Sequence record: NC_133119.1
Direction: 5' to 3' (one strand)
Source: Escherichia phage EscoHU1
Length of the DNA: 64,000 nt
Shown: piece after piece, positions 1 to 7,884 of the stretch
Numbering within the stretch: the first letter of the stretch is position 1
Layout: every line of letters begins with the position of its first letter
The notes under the pieces: generated by a model
What the model was told of the DNA's origin: nothing
The model's database searches: none
What the model saw: only the letters and a program-made list of their open reading frames with translations
Translations under genes and position numbers: made by a program

Positions 1-318
1 TAAAATCTCTCCATTCTAAAGCCAATGAAGTAAGGTGCATTACATGGAACATGCTTAAGATCTTTAAGAGTAATTTTACGTCCTAAGCGTCGTTCCATAC
101 AAGTGAAACATAGAACAATATCTTTGGGCTGCTCTTTTCTTATCTGATCCCATACCCAATCTTCAACCATACACATTTCATGGTATTGTTCACAGTCTCG
201 ACAATAATGACACTGATGTTCTGGTACTTTTTGATTTTTAATACACAGTTCAGTAAAGCGTTTTCCTGCTCTGCCAGACATTTCTGATATTGTTTCTAGA
301 ACTTTGTTAATATTCATA
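1..318 (-). CDS. hypothetical Cys-rich (zinc-finger-like) protein, partial; 3' end lies beyond window start
   Basis: Hand translation of minus strand from ATG at 316-318 (MNINKVLETISEMSG...CHYCRDCEQYH...CFTCMERRLGRK) runs open to position 1; CxxC pairs. Confidence 0.4.
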
Positions 319-336
319 ACAAATTCCTTTAAATTG

Positions 337-412
337 GTTGACCGTCTGGGATTCGAACCCAGAACCTACGAGGTAAAAGCTCGGTACTCTTATCCAGTTG
401 AGTTAACGGTCA
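337..412 (-). tRNA. tRNA-Lys (anticodon UUU)
   Basis: Minus-strand cloverleaf: acceptor TTGACCG/CGGTCAA, T-arm CTGGG-TTCGAAT-CCCAG, anticodon loop CTTTTAC. Confidence 0.55.
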
Positions 413-600
413 ATTTAATACATGTATACTTCTTTAATAGAGTAGACTTTCAAGTAAGGATGATTAATACCAAATTCCGCCATCACTTCGTTTTCATCTT
501 TACCGTAGTGCGCTAGTGGATACTTCTTACGATCTTTGCTAGAACGTAAATCACTTACCTTTAAACGAAATAATTTCATTTCGAAATCCTTCTATTAAAT

Positions 601-678
601 TGGAAGCGGGTGCAGGAATCGAACCTACCTCTTTCTAGCTTATGAGACTAGCGATCTCTACCAGAGATCTAACCCGCA
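601..678 (-). tRNA. tRNA-Met (anticodon CAU; 1:72 unpaired, could be initiator-like)
   Basis: T-loop TTCGATT, anticodon stem CTAGT/GCTAG with loop CTCATAA, acceptor GCGGGT/ACCCGC with position 1 unpaired, encoded CCA. Confidence 0.5.
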
Positions 679-684
679 ATTATT

Positions 685-761
685 TGGTCTCCAATGAAGG
701 ACTCGAACCTTCAACCCCACCGCCCCAAACGGTGTACTCTAGCCAATTGAGCTAATCGGAG
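685..761 (-). tRNA. tRNA-Pro (anticodon UGG)
   Basis: Acceptor CTCCGAT/ATTGGAG, anticodon stem CACCG/CGGTG with loop TTTGGGG, T-arm GAAGG-TTCGAGT-CCTTC, CCA. Confidence 0.6.
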
Positions 762-978
762 AATATTCTTTGTTAACTCACTTTATAAAATATATTATAC
801 AGACATTTAAGTATAATAGCAAATGAGTTTTTAATAAATTTACTTATTGCGTAGGCCACCTGGAGGGTTCAAGCCCCACGGCTGACAAAGAAGTTTGCGA
901 GACTTCTCTTAAATGCCAGAATAGACCCGCCGATCTATCGGAACCTACTCGATAAGTAAACTTTCATTTACTTACTTA

Positions 979-1365
979 TTATGTGCTGTGTATTTCTCGA
1001 TGACAATTCGCACACACTAAAATACATTTCTGTAATTCTTCTCTCAGCTTATCCCTGGAAATACCAGAGGATCTGAATTGACTAATATTATAGTCTTTTG
1101 AGTTTTCATCAATATGATGAAAATCCAGAGCTTGTTTGCATTTATTATACCCACAAATAGAACATTCTAATATAGGGAAGTATTCTGCAATAATAGAATC
1201 AACAGTTTCACGTCTTTTTGCATTTTCGCTAATCTTACATGTTGGCTTCCACTTTTGTTTACCCGAGGGATATATTCCATTAGTATAGAAATATTCCTTG
1301 GTTAGTGGGTGTTCCACACCACAGTTTTTACAAAACTTGTATTCCATAGCTCCTCGAACAGTCAA
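979..1365 (-). CDS. HNH homing endonuclease
   Basis: 128 aa ORF with N-terminal CxxC zinc motifs and C-terminal HH...N...CANCH HNH signature; sits between tRNA genes. Confidence 0.7.
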   Translation of the reverse strand: MTVRGAMEYKFCKNCGVEHPLTKEYFYTNGIYPSGKQKWKPTCKISENAKRRETVDSIIAEYFPILECSICGYNKCKQALDFHHIDENSKDYNISQFRSSGISRDKLREELQKCILVCANCHREIHST

Positions 1366-1491
1366 TCTAGGCAGGACTTGAACCTGCTATCACTTGTGCG
1401 GATTTACGAGAACCATTCTTTCACTCGAATCGAACGAGCTTCTACCCTCGGCAAGCTGGTGCCCCCTCTCCACCACGCTAGAATGTTTATT

Positions 1492-1567
1492 TGGTACACC
1501 CACTAGGACTTGAACCTAGAACCCTCCGCTTAAGAGGCGGTAGCTCTAACCATTGAGCTATGGATGT
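1492..1567 (-). tRNA. tRNA, anticodon read as CUU (Lys); tentative
   Basis: T-arm CTAGG-TTCAAGT-CCTAG, acceptor ACATCCA/TGGGTGT with one G-U, loop CTCTTAA, encoded CCA. Confidence 0.45.
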
Positions 1568-1570
1568 ATA

Positions 1571-1660
1571 TTAGTCCATTGTACATCTACAAAAGAAACC
1601 CCATTTACCGCAGTGTGGACACTGTCCTCCAGAGTTTCTAGCAAAGGATTTGAACTTCAT
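1571..1660 (-). CDS. small Cys-rich peptide (about 29 aa), hypothetical
   Basis: Below ORF-track size cutoff; hand translation MKFKSFARNSGGQCPHCGKWGFFCRCTMD with AAGGAG RBS 7 nt upstream. Confidence 0.3.
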   Translation of the reverse strand: MKFKSFARNSGGQCPHCGKWGFFCRCTMD

Positions 1661-1678
1661 TCAACACTCCTTTAAAGT

Positions 1679-1755
1679 TGGCGCGACCGATGGGATTCGA
1701 ACCCACATTCTCTCCCGTGACAGGGGAGTACCATTACCAAGCCAGCCCCGATCGC
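1679..1755 (-). tRNA. tRNA-Asp (anticodon GUC)
   Basis: Acceptor GCGATCG/CGGTCGC, anticodon stem CTCCC/GGGAG with loop CTGTCAC, T-arm GTGGG-TTCGAAT-CCCAT, CCA. Confidence 0.6.
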
Positions 1756-1764
1756 ATAATTTGT

Positions 1765-1950
1765 TTACTCAGCTTTGAGTTTTTCGATAGCTTCCTTAAC
1801 CTCTTTTAGAGCTTCACGACGTGCATTCTGTTGCTGCATATCTTGTATTAACGTCAGTTTTTGGTTTTCAATTTCTTGATCCCAGACCTTAATATTATTA
1901 ATTAGATTATCACGATCAGCTTCTAGTCGAGCAATTGCACGAGTTGTCAT
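1765..1950 (-). CDS. hypothetical coiled-coil protein
   Basis: 61 aa ORF between tRNAs, charged heptad-like sequence. Confidence 0.45.
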   Translation of the reverse strand: MTTRAIARLEADRDNLINNIKVWDQEIENQKLTLIQDMQQQNARREALKEVKEAIEKLKAE

Positions 1951-1977
1951 ATCTATTTCCTCAGTTGTTAATGAAAT

Positions 1978-2060
1978 TGGCGGGCCGTGTAGGATTCGAA
2001 CCTACGTTGTCTTTCGACATGGATTAACAGTCCACCGCCAAACCGCTTGGCTAACGACCC
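1978..2060 (-). tRNA. tRNA with anticodon GUU (Asn) and an unusually long variable arm
   Basis: Acceptor GGGTCGT/ACGGCCC, D-stem GCCA/TGGC, anticodon stem GTGGA/TCCAT with loop CTGTTAA, variable GTCGAAAGAC mini-hairpin, T-arm GTAGG-TTCGAAT-CCTAC, CCA. Confidence 0.45.
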
Positions 2061-2067
2061 TAAAATT

Positions 2068-2143
2068 TGGACGACCGCATGAGATTCGAACTCACATAAG
2101 GAGGTTTTGCAGGCCTCCGCCTAAGCCATTCAGCCAACGGTCG
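2068..2143 (-). tRNA. tRNA, anticodon read as GCA (Cys); tentative
   Basis: Acceptor CGACCGT/GCGGTCG, T-arm GTGAG-TTCGAAT-CTCAT, loop CTGCAAA, CCA. Confidence 0.45.
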
Positions 2144-2321
2144 ATTTATCTTGTTTTTCGAGATCAACGAACTCTAAATCGTTGAAGTCTCCTAGAGTAC
2201 GGGAGTAATAACCGTCTCCAGCATCATAGCCTGATTTACCACACTTACACATCTTAAACTCACGTAGACGTGTAAAGATATGTTCAGAGCCACAACACTT
2301 AAATTTAACTAACTTTTTCAT
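2130..2321 (-). CDS. hypothetical zinc-ribbon protein
   Basis: 63 aa ORF with CC...H...C.C cysteine pattern. Confidence 0.45.
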   Translation of the reverse strand: MKKLVKFKCCGSEHIFTRLREFKMCKCGKSGYDAGDGYYSRTLGDFNDLEFVDLEKQDKSTVG

Positions 2322-2560
2322 CCAACACGCTCCGGTAAATCTTCGAGTTTATATTGAGTAGCCACATTAGCAGCATCTAGTAACAAACCCATATGTTTAA
2401 GAATTCTAGTGATAGCCTCGCCTTCTGCTTCTTCTACAAAGCAACGTAGTTGCATGAAGTCAATACCACCATCCATACCAGAGAAAATGTTAAGTAAGCG
2501 AAGCATTACCAGCTTACGTTCTTTTAATTCTTGTTCTGTCATGTTGCTTCTCCAGTTCAA
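2318..2560 (-). CDS. hypothetical protein
   Basis: 80 aa ORF with promoter cassette immediately upstream (2572-2600). Confidence 0.45.
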   Translation of the reverse strand: MNWRSNMTEQELKERKLVMLRLLNIFSGMDGGIDFMQLRCFVEEAEGEAITRILKHMGLLLDAANVATQYKLEDLPERVG

Positions 2561-2592
2561 TTTATGTAATAATTATACAGAACTTTAAGCGG

Positions 2593-2880
2593 TTAAGCAA
2601 CTACATTTTTCAGAAATATGATGCCTTTCTTTTTCTTCTTATATTTCCATGTTAATGGATTCTGTCGATTATGAACGCTTGAGATCTTTGTCTCGTCAAA
2701 GTTCTTCAGTACCATGTAATCACAGGCCAACTGTTCCAGTGGGATGTGATCTCCGTCAAAAGCATAAACATAAGGCTGTTGACTGGCACGATAATGATAT
2801 ACTTTGTTAATTCTGCGTTTCAGTGACTTATCCGCACAGTAAATAAAGAAGTTTTCAGGATGCATCAGCATCTCCTTCAA
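2593..2880 (-). CDS. hypothetical protein
   Basis: 95 aa ORF in minus-strand early region. Confidence 0.45.
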   Translation of the reverse strand: MKEMLMHPENFFIYCADKSLKRRINKVYHYRASQQPYVYAFDGDHIPLEQLACDYMVLKNFDETKISSVHNRQNPLTWKYKKKKKGIIFLKNVVA

Positions 2881-2883
2881 ATT

Positions 2884-2958
2884 GGTGCACCCCGTTGGTA
2901 ACGATCCAACCTCTCAAGCTCTTCAGGCAAGCGCTAATCCATCTCAGCTAAAGGTGCA
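2884..2958 (-). tRNA. tRNA-like sequence with non-canonical T-loop; anticodon unresolved (possibly GAA)
   Basis: Acceptor GCACCTT/GGGGTGC plus CCA and T-stem GTTGG/CCAAC, but T-loop ATCGTTA and weak anticodon stem. Confidence 0.3.
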
Positions 2959-2963
2959 AATAT

Positions 2964-3041
2964 TGGCAAACCTACTAGGACTCGAACCTAGACCGTACGG
3001 TTTTGGAGACCGACATGCTGTCCAGTAACACTCTAGGGATG
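2964..3041 (-). tRNA. tRNA, anticodon loop CTCCAAA (Trp, CCA); acceptor pairing not verified
   Basis: T-arm CTAGG-TTCGAGT-CCTAG and anticodon arm CGGT-CTCCAAA-ACCG resemble tRNA-Trp; 5' acceptor strand could not be paired by eye. Confidence 0.35.
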
Positions 3042-3048
3042 CAGAAAT

Positions 3049-3125
3049 TGGCGTCCTGTGCGGGGATCGAACCCGCAAATCCTACCTTGAAAGGGTAGTG
3101 ACTTTACCAGTTTGTCTAACAGGAC
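3049..3125 (-). tRNA. tRNA-Glu (anticodon UUC)
   Basis: Perfect acceptor GTCCTGT/ACAGGAC, anticodon stem CTACC/GGTAG with loop CTTTCAA, T-arm GCGGG-TTCGATC-CCCGC, CCA. Confidence 0.65.
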
Positions 3126-3132
3126 TTAAATT

Positions 3133-3223
3133 TGGTGTTGGATGATGGAGTCGAACCACCCGAGACCCTTCCGAGTCGGCAGATTTACAGTCTGCTTCGC
3201 TACCTCTACGATACTAATCCAAC
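3133..3223 (-). tRNA. tRNA-Tyr (anticodon GUA), long variable arm
   Basis: Acceptor GTTGGAT/ATCCAAC, anticodon stem GCAGA/TCTGC with loop CTGTAAA, long variable arm, T-loop TTCGACT, CCA. Confidence 0.55.
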
Positions 3224-3413
3224 ATATTTGAATGAAAAGTAAGTCGGTTAAACTCAAGGTGGAATATTTCAGGAAATCCTGACTTTACCCCTAAAAGCAA
3301 CTCGCTTAGTTACTTCTCATTCAGATATGTTTTCCAAATTAGATAACTATTATACCAAGTTTTGAAGGACTGAGCAAGTCAAATTTTAAAGAACTTGCTC
3401 AGTGCTATATCAG

Positions 3414-3689
3414 TTACTCGAAGCTAGGAGTGACACTCAGTTTGAATGGAAGCTCGAACACTTCTTCATAATCATCATTGAGCGTAATTACACGACCTTC
3501 TAGCTTAGTCATGGTGATTTCGATATCAGCCCTTGCATCAGGAGCCATACCAGCTTCCACACATTTAGCTTTGACTTCCGGCAGAAGTTCTACATCGTAG
3601 AAATAAAGCCATTCAATCTCACCCTCCCAGCCACCCCAGGATTTACAAACAGCACTTTCAACACCAGTTGCAGTAACACGTTTTGACAT
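3414..3689 (-). CDS. hypothetical protein
   Basis: 91 aa ORF, promoter cassette at 3720-3749. Confidence 0.5.
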   Translation of the reverse strand: MSKRVTATGVESAVCKSWGGWEGEIEWLYFYDVELLPEVKAKCVEAGMAPDARADIEITMTKLEGRVITLNDDYEEVFELPFKLSVTPSFE

Positions 3690-3719
3690 TCGTTAACCCC
3701 TTCATCAATTTATATAACT

Positions 3720-3749
3720 ATTATATCAGAAATCTTAAGTAAAAAGCAA
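3720..3749 (-). promoter_or_regulatory. T5-type early promoter (-35 TTGCTT, -10 TATAAT)
   Basis: Reverse complement gives TTGCTT, 18-nt spacer, TATAAT, followed by the conserved AT-rich leader. Confidence 0.5.
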
Positions 3750-3779
3750 GTACATTTTTAAAATTTCTGCTTGGAGGAG

Positions 3780-4052
3780 TTAAACTCCTGATTCTTCAGC
3801 CAGATCAAGCCCAACCAACGTGATTGCCATAATAGCTGCGCCATGTTCTTTCTCTCCTAGCTCTTTGGCTTGAGTGAGAATATTGAGGAATTGCTTTTGA
3901 AAATCTGCAACTTCTTCTGTCATGCCTGCTTCAGCAATAATTCCTTTCAGCATAAAGCGTTGTGCTGTAATTTCAGGATTAGCCATTTGTTTTCTCCAGT
4001 TATTTAGAATGTAAGCCAAACTTAGGATCATAGCGATCGTAAGTCGTACCAT
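3780..4052 (-). CDS. hypothetical protein
   Basis: 90 aa ORF. Confidence 0.45.
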   Translation of the reverse strand: MVRLTIAMILSLAYILNNWRKQMANPEITAQRFMLKGIIAEAGMTEEVADFQKQFLNILTQAKELGEKEHGAAIMAITLVGLDLAEESGV

Positions 4053-4136
4053 TAGTTGAAGCCTTGATGCTATGAAAACGACAGTACATAAATTTACGTA
4101 GTGCTTTCTTAATAGCTTTCATTTTATTTCCTTAAT

Positions 4137-4214
4137 TTGGTAGGGGTGGTGGGATTCGAACCCACAAAACCCGAATTTTAAGTCCGGTACCTATGCCAAT
4201 TCGATTACACCCCC
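4137..4214 (-). tRNA. tRNA with anticodon UAA (Leu-type anticodon) but short variable loop
   Basis: Acceptor GGGGGTG/CACCCCT, anticodon stem CCGGA/TTCGG with loop CTTAAAA, 5-nt variable loop, T-arm GTGGG-TTCGAAT-CCCAC, CCA. Confidence 0.45.
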
Positions 4215-4223
4215 ATGTAATCT

Positions 4224-4571
4224 TTAGAGTTCGTAACCCTGAATATATCGAGCAAAACCAGTAATCTCGAACTGAATTGCCCATGCTACTTCCATATGCT
4301 CAATCTTACTAAAATGAGCGTCAGACTGTTCTAGGAAATAACGAGAGATTATAGGGAACTCAATGTCAAAATCTTCCTTATCCATACCATAGAAGAAGTT
4401 TCCAGAAATATTACGAACTTCACGAAAGAAATCCTCAATCTGAAAATCCATCAGAGGATAAGTATATTCCTCTTTGCTATCATCCGTTTGGAAGAAGCGG
4501 AAATGCACAAGGCAAGAGCCAATCAGATTTACTGCTGGAGTAGTGTAAATATCCATGTTAACCTCGATCAA
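4224..4571 (-). CDS. hypothetical protein
   Basis: 115 aa ORF. Confidence 0.5.
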   Translation of the reverse strand: MIEVNMDIYTTPAVNLIGSCLVHFRFFQTDDSKEEYTYPLMDFQIEDFFREVRNISGNFFYGMDKEDFDIEFPIISRYFLEQSDAHFSKIEHMEVAWAIQFEITGFARYIQGYEL

Positions 4572-4743
4572 TATCTAGAGAAATTCCAAATTCTGGATTA
4601 ATACCAGAACCATTACATGCTGCACATTCCCACTCTTCAAAACGCATATCGCCAGGTTCAGCATCATTAATAGTACCTGTTCCATGGCAGTGAGCACACA
4701 TGCACTCTTCTAGTTCTTGTTTAAGCTCTTGAAACTTAGACAT
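4558..4743 (-). CDS. hypothetical zinc-ribbon protein
   Basis: 61 aa ORF with two CxxC pairs (CAHCHG...CAAC). Confidence 0.5.
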   Translation of the reverse strand: MSKFQELKQELEECMCAHCHGTGTINDAEPGDMRFEEWECAACNGSGINPEFGISLDIDRG

Positions 4744-4760
4744 ATAGTCTCCTAGTTAAT

Positions 4761-4838
4761 TGGTGGCTCCCGGAGGATTCGAACCTACCTACCTTTCGCT
4801 TATGAGGCGACGGCTCATACCAAATGAGCTTGAGAACC
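4761..4838 (-). tRNA. tRNA with anticodon CAU (Met or lysidine-Ile)
   Basis: Acceptor GGTTCTC/GGGAGCC with G-U pairs, anticodon loop CTCATAA, T-loop TTCGAAT, CCA. Confidence 0.5.
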
Positions 4839-4843
4839 AAATT

Positions 4844-4937
4844 TGGAGGAAGATGCCAGACTCGAACTGGCACACCGTGTCTCCACAGCTACTGGCTGTT
4901 TAGCAAACAGCTCCCTTACCTTTAGGGTTAATCTTCC
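4844..4937 (-). tRNA. tRNA-Ser (anticodon GCU), type II
   Basis: Acceptor GGAAGAT/ATCTTCC, anticodon stem GCTGT/ACAGC with loop TTGCTAA, long variable arm, T-arm GCCAG-TTCGAGT-CTGGC, CCA. Confidence 0.55.
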
Positions 4938-4951
4938 AAATTTATGAATAT

Positions 4952-4980
4952 ATTATATTAGAAATTTAGCTTCATGGCAA
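4952..4980 (-). promoter_or_regulatory. T5-type promoter positioned to transcribe the downstream tRNA cluster
   Basis: Reverse complement TTGCCA-17-TATAAT; predicted start about 8 nt upstream of the tRNA-Ser 5' end. Confidence 0.5.
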
Positions 4981-5431
4981 GAAAATTTTTCAAGTTTTCT
5001 GTATTCATTTCATCTAAATCCATGAGGGAAGTAAACCCATTTAGTTTTTTAGCAAACTTCTCACCAGCAGAATCATTATCGCCTACGGCTACTACTTTAA
5101 AAGGTTGTAATTTTAGCTGCTTTAGCAATGCTTTGCTAGGGGAAGATCCTAGCATTGCTAGTGCGGGATATCCCGCGTTGTGTAGTGCCACAGCTTTAAA
5201 TACAGATTCTGCAACTAATACTAGGTCTTCATTACCTGTAAGAGTTTCTAAACCCCATAGACATTGAGTAGAAGAATGCGTAAAATATTTAGCTTCAGAA
5301 GGACATTTTCCATGACCTTTAGCTGCACTAGGGTTATATGTTTGATATCCACGTAACATGCCAGAGAAATCATACAGTGGAACTGTTAACCATCCATGTG
5401 GAGAGCCAACAGTGATACTTACCACTATCAA
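4958..5431 (-). CDS. Toprim-like domain protein; start unresolved (possible frameshift with upstream 34-codon ORF)
   Basis: 157 aa ORF with VLVAES...VVAVGDNDSAGEKFAKKL (Toprim-like E and DxD motifs); first codon in frame is TTG with no RBS; an RBS-preceded ATG ORF at 5369-5473 overlaps in another frame. Confidence 0.45.
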   Translation of the reverse strand: MIVVSITVGSPHGWLTVPLYDFSGMLRGYQTYNPSAAKGHGKCPSEAKYFTHSSTQCLWGLETLTGNEDLVLVAESVFKAVALHNAGYPALAMLGSSPSKALLKQLKLQPFKVVAVGDNDSAGEKFAKKLNGFTSLMDLDEMNTENLKNFLAMKLNF

Positions 5432-5505
5432 AGCCCCTAGATAAAAGATGTTGTTTTAACTCGTCAACAGTCATATATGACTCCTATCTATAATTTATAG
5501 AATAT

Positions 5506-5534
5506 ATTATATAGAAAATTTCGGCATTAAGCAA
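5506..5534 (-). promoter_or_regulatory. T5-type early promoter
   Basis: Reverse complement TTGCTT-17-TATAAT. Confidence 0.5.
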
Positions 5535-5542
5535 GTGAAATT

Positions 5543-5839
5543 TTACTGAACACTGCACTGATACACTTGTTTGATACGTGTCACTGACTTCTTAGTTGGA
5601 TTGATAGAAGAACCTTGCCACCAACGTGATTCTGAGCTGAGAACAGCACCAGGAACAGCTTGTTCTTTTGGCAGAACAATATCAAAACATTGCTCACCCA
5701 TATTATCTTTAATGTGTGACCAAATATCCAAAGTAAATCGTTCTAACTTATTACAAACCTGAACTTGACAAAGTTCCTGTTGCGGAGCAGCAAATACAGA
5801 AGTAGATACTAGAGTCAATGCAAGTACAATGCGTTTCAT
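5543..5839 (-). CDS. secreted/periplasmic Cys-containing protein, hypothetical
   Basis: 98 aa ORF with N-terminal signal peptide MKRIVLALTLVSTSVFAAP and several cysteines. Confidence 0.5.
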   Translation of the reverse strand: MKRIVLALTLVSTSVFAAPQQELCQVQVCNKLERFTLDIWSHIKDNMGEQCFDIVLPKEQAVPGAVLSSESRWWQGSSINPTKKSVTRIKQVYQCSVQ

Positions 5840-5869
5840 GTTTGATTCCTCTCTCGAATTTATAAATAT

Positions 5870-5898
5870 ATTATACAGAAATTTTCTATATTAAGCAA
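5870..5898 (-). promoter_or_regulatory. T5-type early promoter
   Basis: Reverse complement TTGCTT-17-TATAAT followed by AAGGAG-type RBS; GC hairpin terminator (5905-5935) just upstream on the transcript. Confidence 0.5.
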
Positions 5899-5945
5899 GT
5901 GAAAATTTCTGTATAATAGCCCTCGCTTAGAGGGCTATAACTACT

Positions 5946-6638
5946 TTATTTGTTAACGCGTACAAAGTATCCTTTATAGGCTCCAAGAATGGAGTTACCT
6001 AAGAATACTAGCCACATTGCTAGGATTGCATAAGATGCACCTGTAGATTGAGCAGTTACAAGCCAAATGTATACAGTACCAATGTTAATAGCAATCCAGA
6101 TCAGCCATTGTTCAGCATATTGCTTGACCATAAGCCACATAGCAATCACACTACCAACCGCAGTAAATGCATCGAGCATCGGGAATGGATCAGCTGTAGT
6201 AGCAAGGAAGCTACCGTAACCTAAAGTAGCTACTGCTAGAACCCCTAGAGTCAGCAAAGCTTGGGCTTTAGTCAGAATCTTAGTTGGAACATCTGGCAGA
6301 TTACTTGGCTTATTTTTATGCCATAAGTACATTCCGTAGAACTGCATAGGAACGTAGTACAATAGGTTTAATGCTGCGTTACCATAAAGATCTGCATTTA
6401 AAGCTGTAATACCATAGGTAAGAACACCAACTAAGCCCCAAATATAGTTGGAAACGCGTCCTTTTGCAACCAAAATAACACAAACTACGTTGGTTATCGC
6501 AGTAGCCCAATCTAGAGGTGTACCATTATAGTTAGCTAAACTAATGAAGGCAACCGCTATGAACAGCCACAGATATTCCAGAGGTTTCCAGTTTTTAAAG
6601 TCATTTACGAGATAGTTAGTCATATTAAAACTCTCCAA
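5946..6638 (-). CDS. pnuC: nicotinamide riboside transporter PnuC-like membrane protein
   Basis: About 230 aa, multi-pass hydrophobic protein with W/Y-rich helices resembling PnuC; overlaps and follows the NadR-like gene. Confidence 0.65.
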   Translation of the reverse strand: MESFNMTNYLVNDFKNWKPLEYLWLFIAVAFISLANYNGTPLDWATAITNVVCVILVAKGRVSNYIWGLVGVLTYGITALNADLYGNAALNLLYYVPMQFYGMYLWHKNKPSNLPDVPTKILTKAQALLTLGVLAVATLGYGSFLATTADPFPMLDAFTAVGSVIAMWLMVKQYAEQWLIWIAINIGTVYIWLVTAQSTGASYAILAMWLVFLGNSILGAYKGYFVRVNK

Positions 6639-7680
6639 CGTTAAAGTGATGAATCAGCCAGTCTACTGCGTTTACTGCTTCGTCCATACGAACTTTGTAG
6701 TCCGGGGAGTCGATGTAAACAGTACGCCCTTCAGGGAACTGATTTGGAAATTCTTTCTTCATCTGCTCGAACAGTTCAGAAGTAATTGAACGATCGGAGT
6801 TAATACGTAAACCATCATCTACCCACTTGACAGTAGGCGCTAGAACAATTACTAAATCGTAATGTTCTTCTTTTGCAATTGCTGTAACCACAGGGTTCTT
6901 ACGATGTTCATAAAGTCTGTGGTAGAACTCAGTAATAAAAGCATTTGTATCCACAAACATGATCTTATTTGCAGTACGTTCTGCTTCAAATTCTAGCTCT
7001 TTGTGTCTGAACGCAATTTTACTATAATCTTCGCTGGTAAGCAGATTTTCGTTACCAACTAGATCAACTTCACAATACGTTCGGCCATATTCTTCTACCC
7101 ACGAAGTGTTGTATAGCTTCGCAAGGTATTTTGTTAAAGTAGTCTTTCCCGAGCTTTCAGTCCCAATGATTACAACCTTACGCACGTAATCTTTACGAAC
7201 TACGCTAGGAAGAAACTCCCAATACTTCATAAGATCATTACGAATCATTGTAGCTGAGATTGGAACACGAGTCCGATCAGAATCTACAATATAATGACCA
7301 AACTTCGGCAGATATTTCTTATATTCTGCATCATAGTCTAGTTCGCTAGAGAAAATGGTGATCTCAGGCAAATGTCCATAATTTTCATTAAGGATTCTAG
7401 CATATTCCGGCCAACCATTCGGATATTCAGGAATATCATCTTCAATAATGTACTCTACCGAAACGTGCTCAATATCCGCGTAAGTTTGTTCTAACCAACG
7501 AAGTCGATTCTTTAACTGTAATACTTCCTGATCACGTGTGTTCTGCTTATCCAGCCAACGATTATCATGACTAACTACAACAATAACTCGTTCACACATA
7601 GTTGCTGCTGTGTTTATTAGGTTAATATGACCACGCGTTAATGGTGCGAACTTACCAATTACTAGACCAGTCTTAATCAT
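6625..7680 (-). CDS. nadR: NadR-like bifunctional NMN adenylyltransferase / ribosylnicotinamide kinase
   Basis: N-terminal GKFAPLTRGH (nucleotidyltransferase HxGH-type motif) and central P-loop GTESSGKTT; start taken at MIKTGLVIGKF with RBS. Confidence 0.7.
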   Translation of the reverse strand: MIKTGLVIGKFAPLTRGHINLINTAATMCERVIVVVSHDNRWLDKQNTRDQEVLQLKNRLRWLEQTYADIEHVSVEYIIEDDIPEYPNGWPEYARILNENYGHLPEITIFSSELDYDAEYKKYLPKFGHYIVDSDRTRVPISATMIRNDLMKYWEFLPSVVRKDYVRKVVIIGTESSGKTTLTKYLAKLYNTSWVEEYGRTYCEVDLVGNENLLTSEDYSKIAFRHKELEFEAERTANKIMFVDTNAFITEFYHRLYEHRKNPVVTAIAKEEHYDLVIVLAPTVKWVDDGLRINSDRSITSELFEQMKKEFPNQFPEGRTVYIDSPDYKVRMDEAVNAVDWLIHHFNVGEF

Positions 7681-7710
7681 ATTTGATTCCTCTCTCAAAT
7701 TTATAAATAT

Positions 7711-7739
7711 ATTATACAGAGAATTTAGCATTCAAGCAA
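7711..7739 (-). promoter_or_regulatory. T5-type early promoter upstream of the NadR-like gene
   Basis: Reverse complement TTGCTT-17-TATAAT with conserved leader ...CATAAATTTGAGAGAGG. Confidence 0.5.
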
Positions 7740-7855
7740 TCGAATTTTTTAACTTTTTAGAGGAAAATCGCAGGGCACTTAAGGGTAGCAGATGAGTGGT
7801 GAGGACCAGAAATTGTTACCCCAATAAAAATCCGGGGGCAATTTTTAAAGACCCC

Positions 7856-7884
7856 TTGACATTTTCGCTGGGATAGGATAAAGT
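7856..7884 (+). promoter_or_regulatory. sigma70-like promoter (TTGACA-17-TAAAGT) for the plus-strand islet
   Basis: TTGACATTTTCGCTG motif, nearly identical to the promoter at 37111. Confidence 0.4.

Noticed and set aside
304-516. 70-aa plus-strand ORF
   Set aside because: Overlaps the minus-strand tRNA-Lys and the partial Cys-rich gene; no RBS; low-complexity translation.
840-930. Possible tRNA suggested by GGGTTCAAGCCCC
   Set aside because: Could not assemble acceptor, D or anticodon arms on either strand; may be a simple hairpin. Left unannotated pending a tRNA-prediction run.
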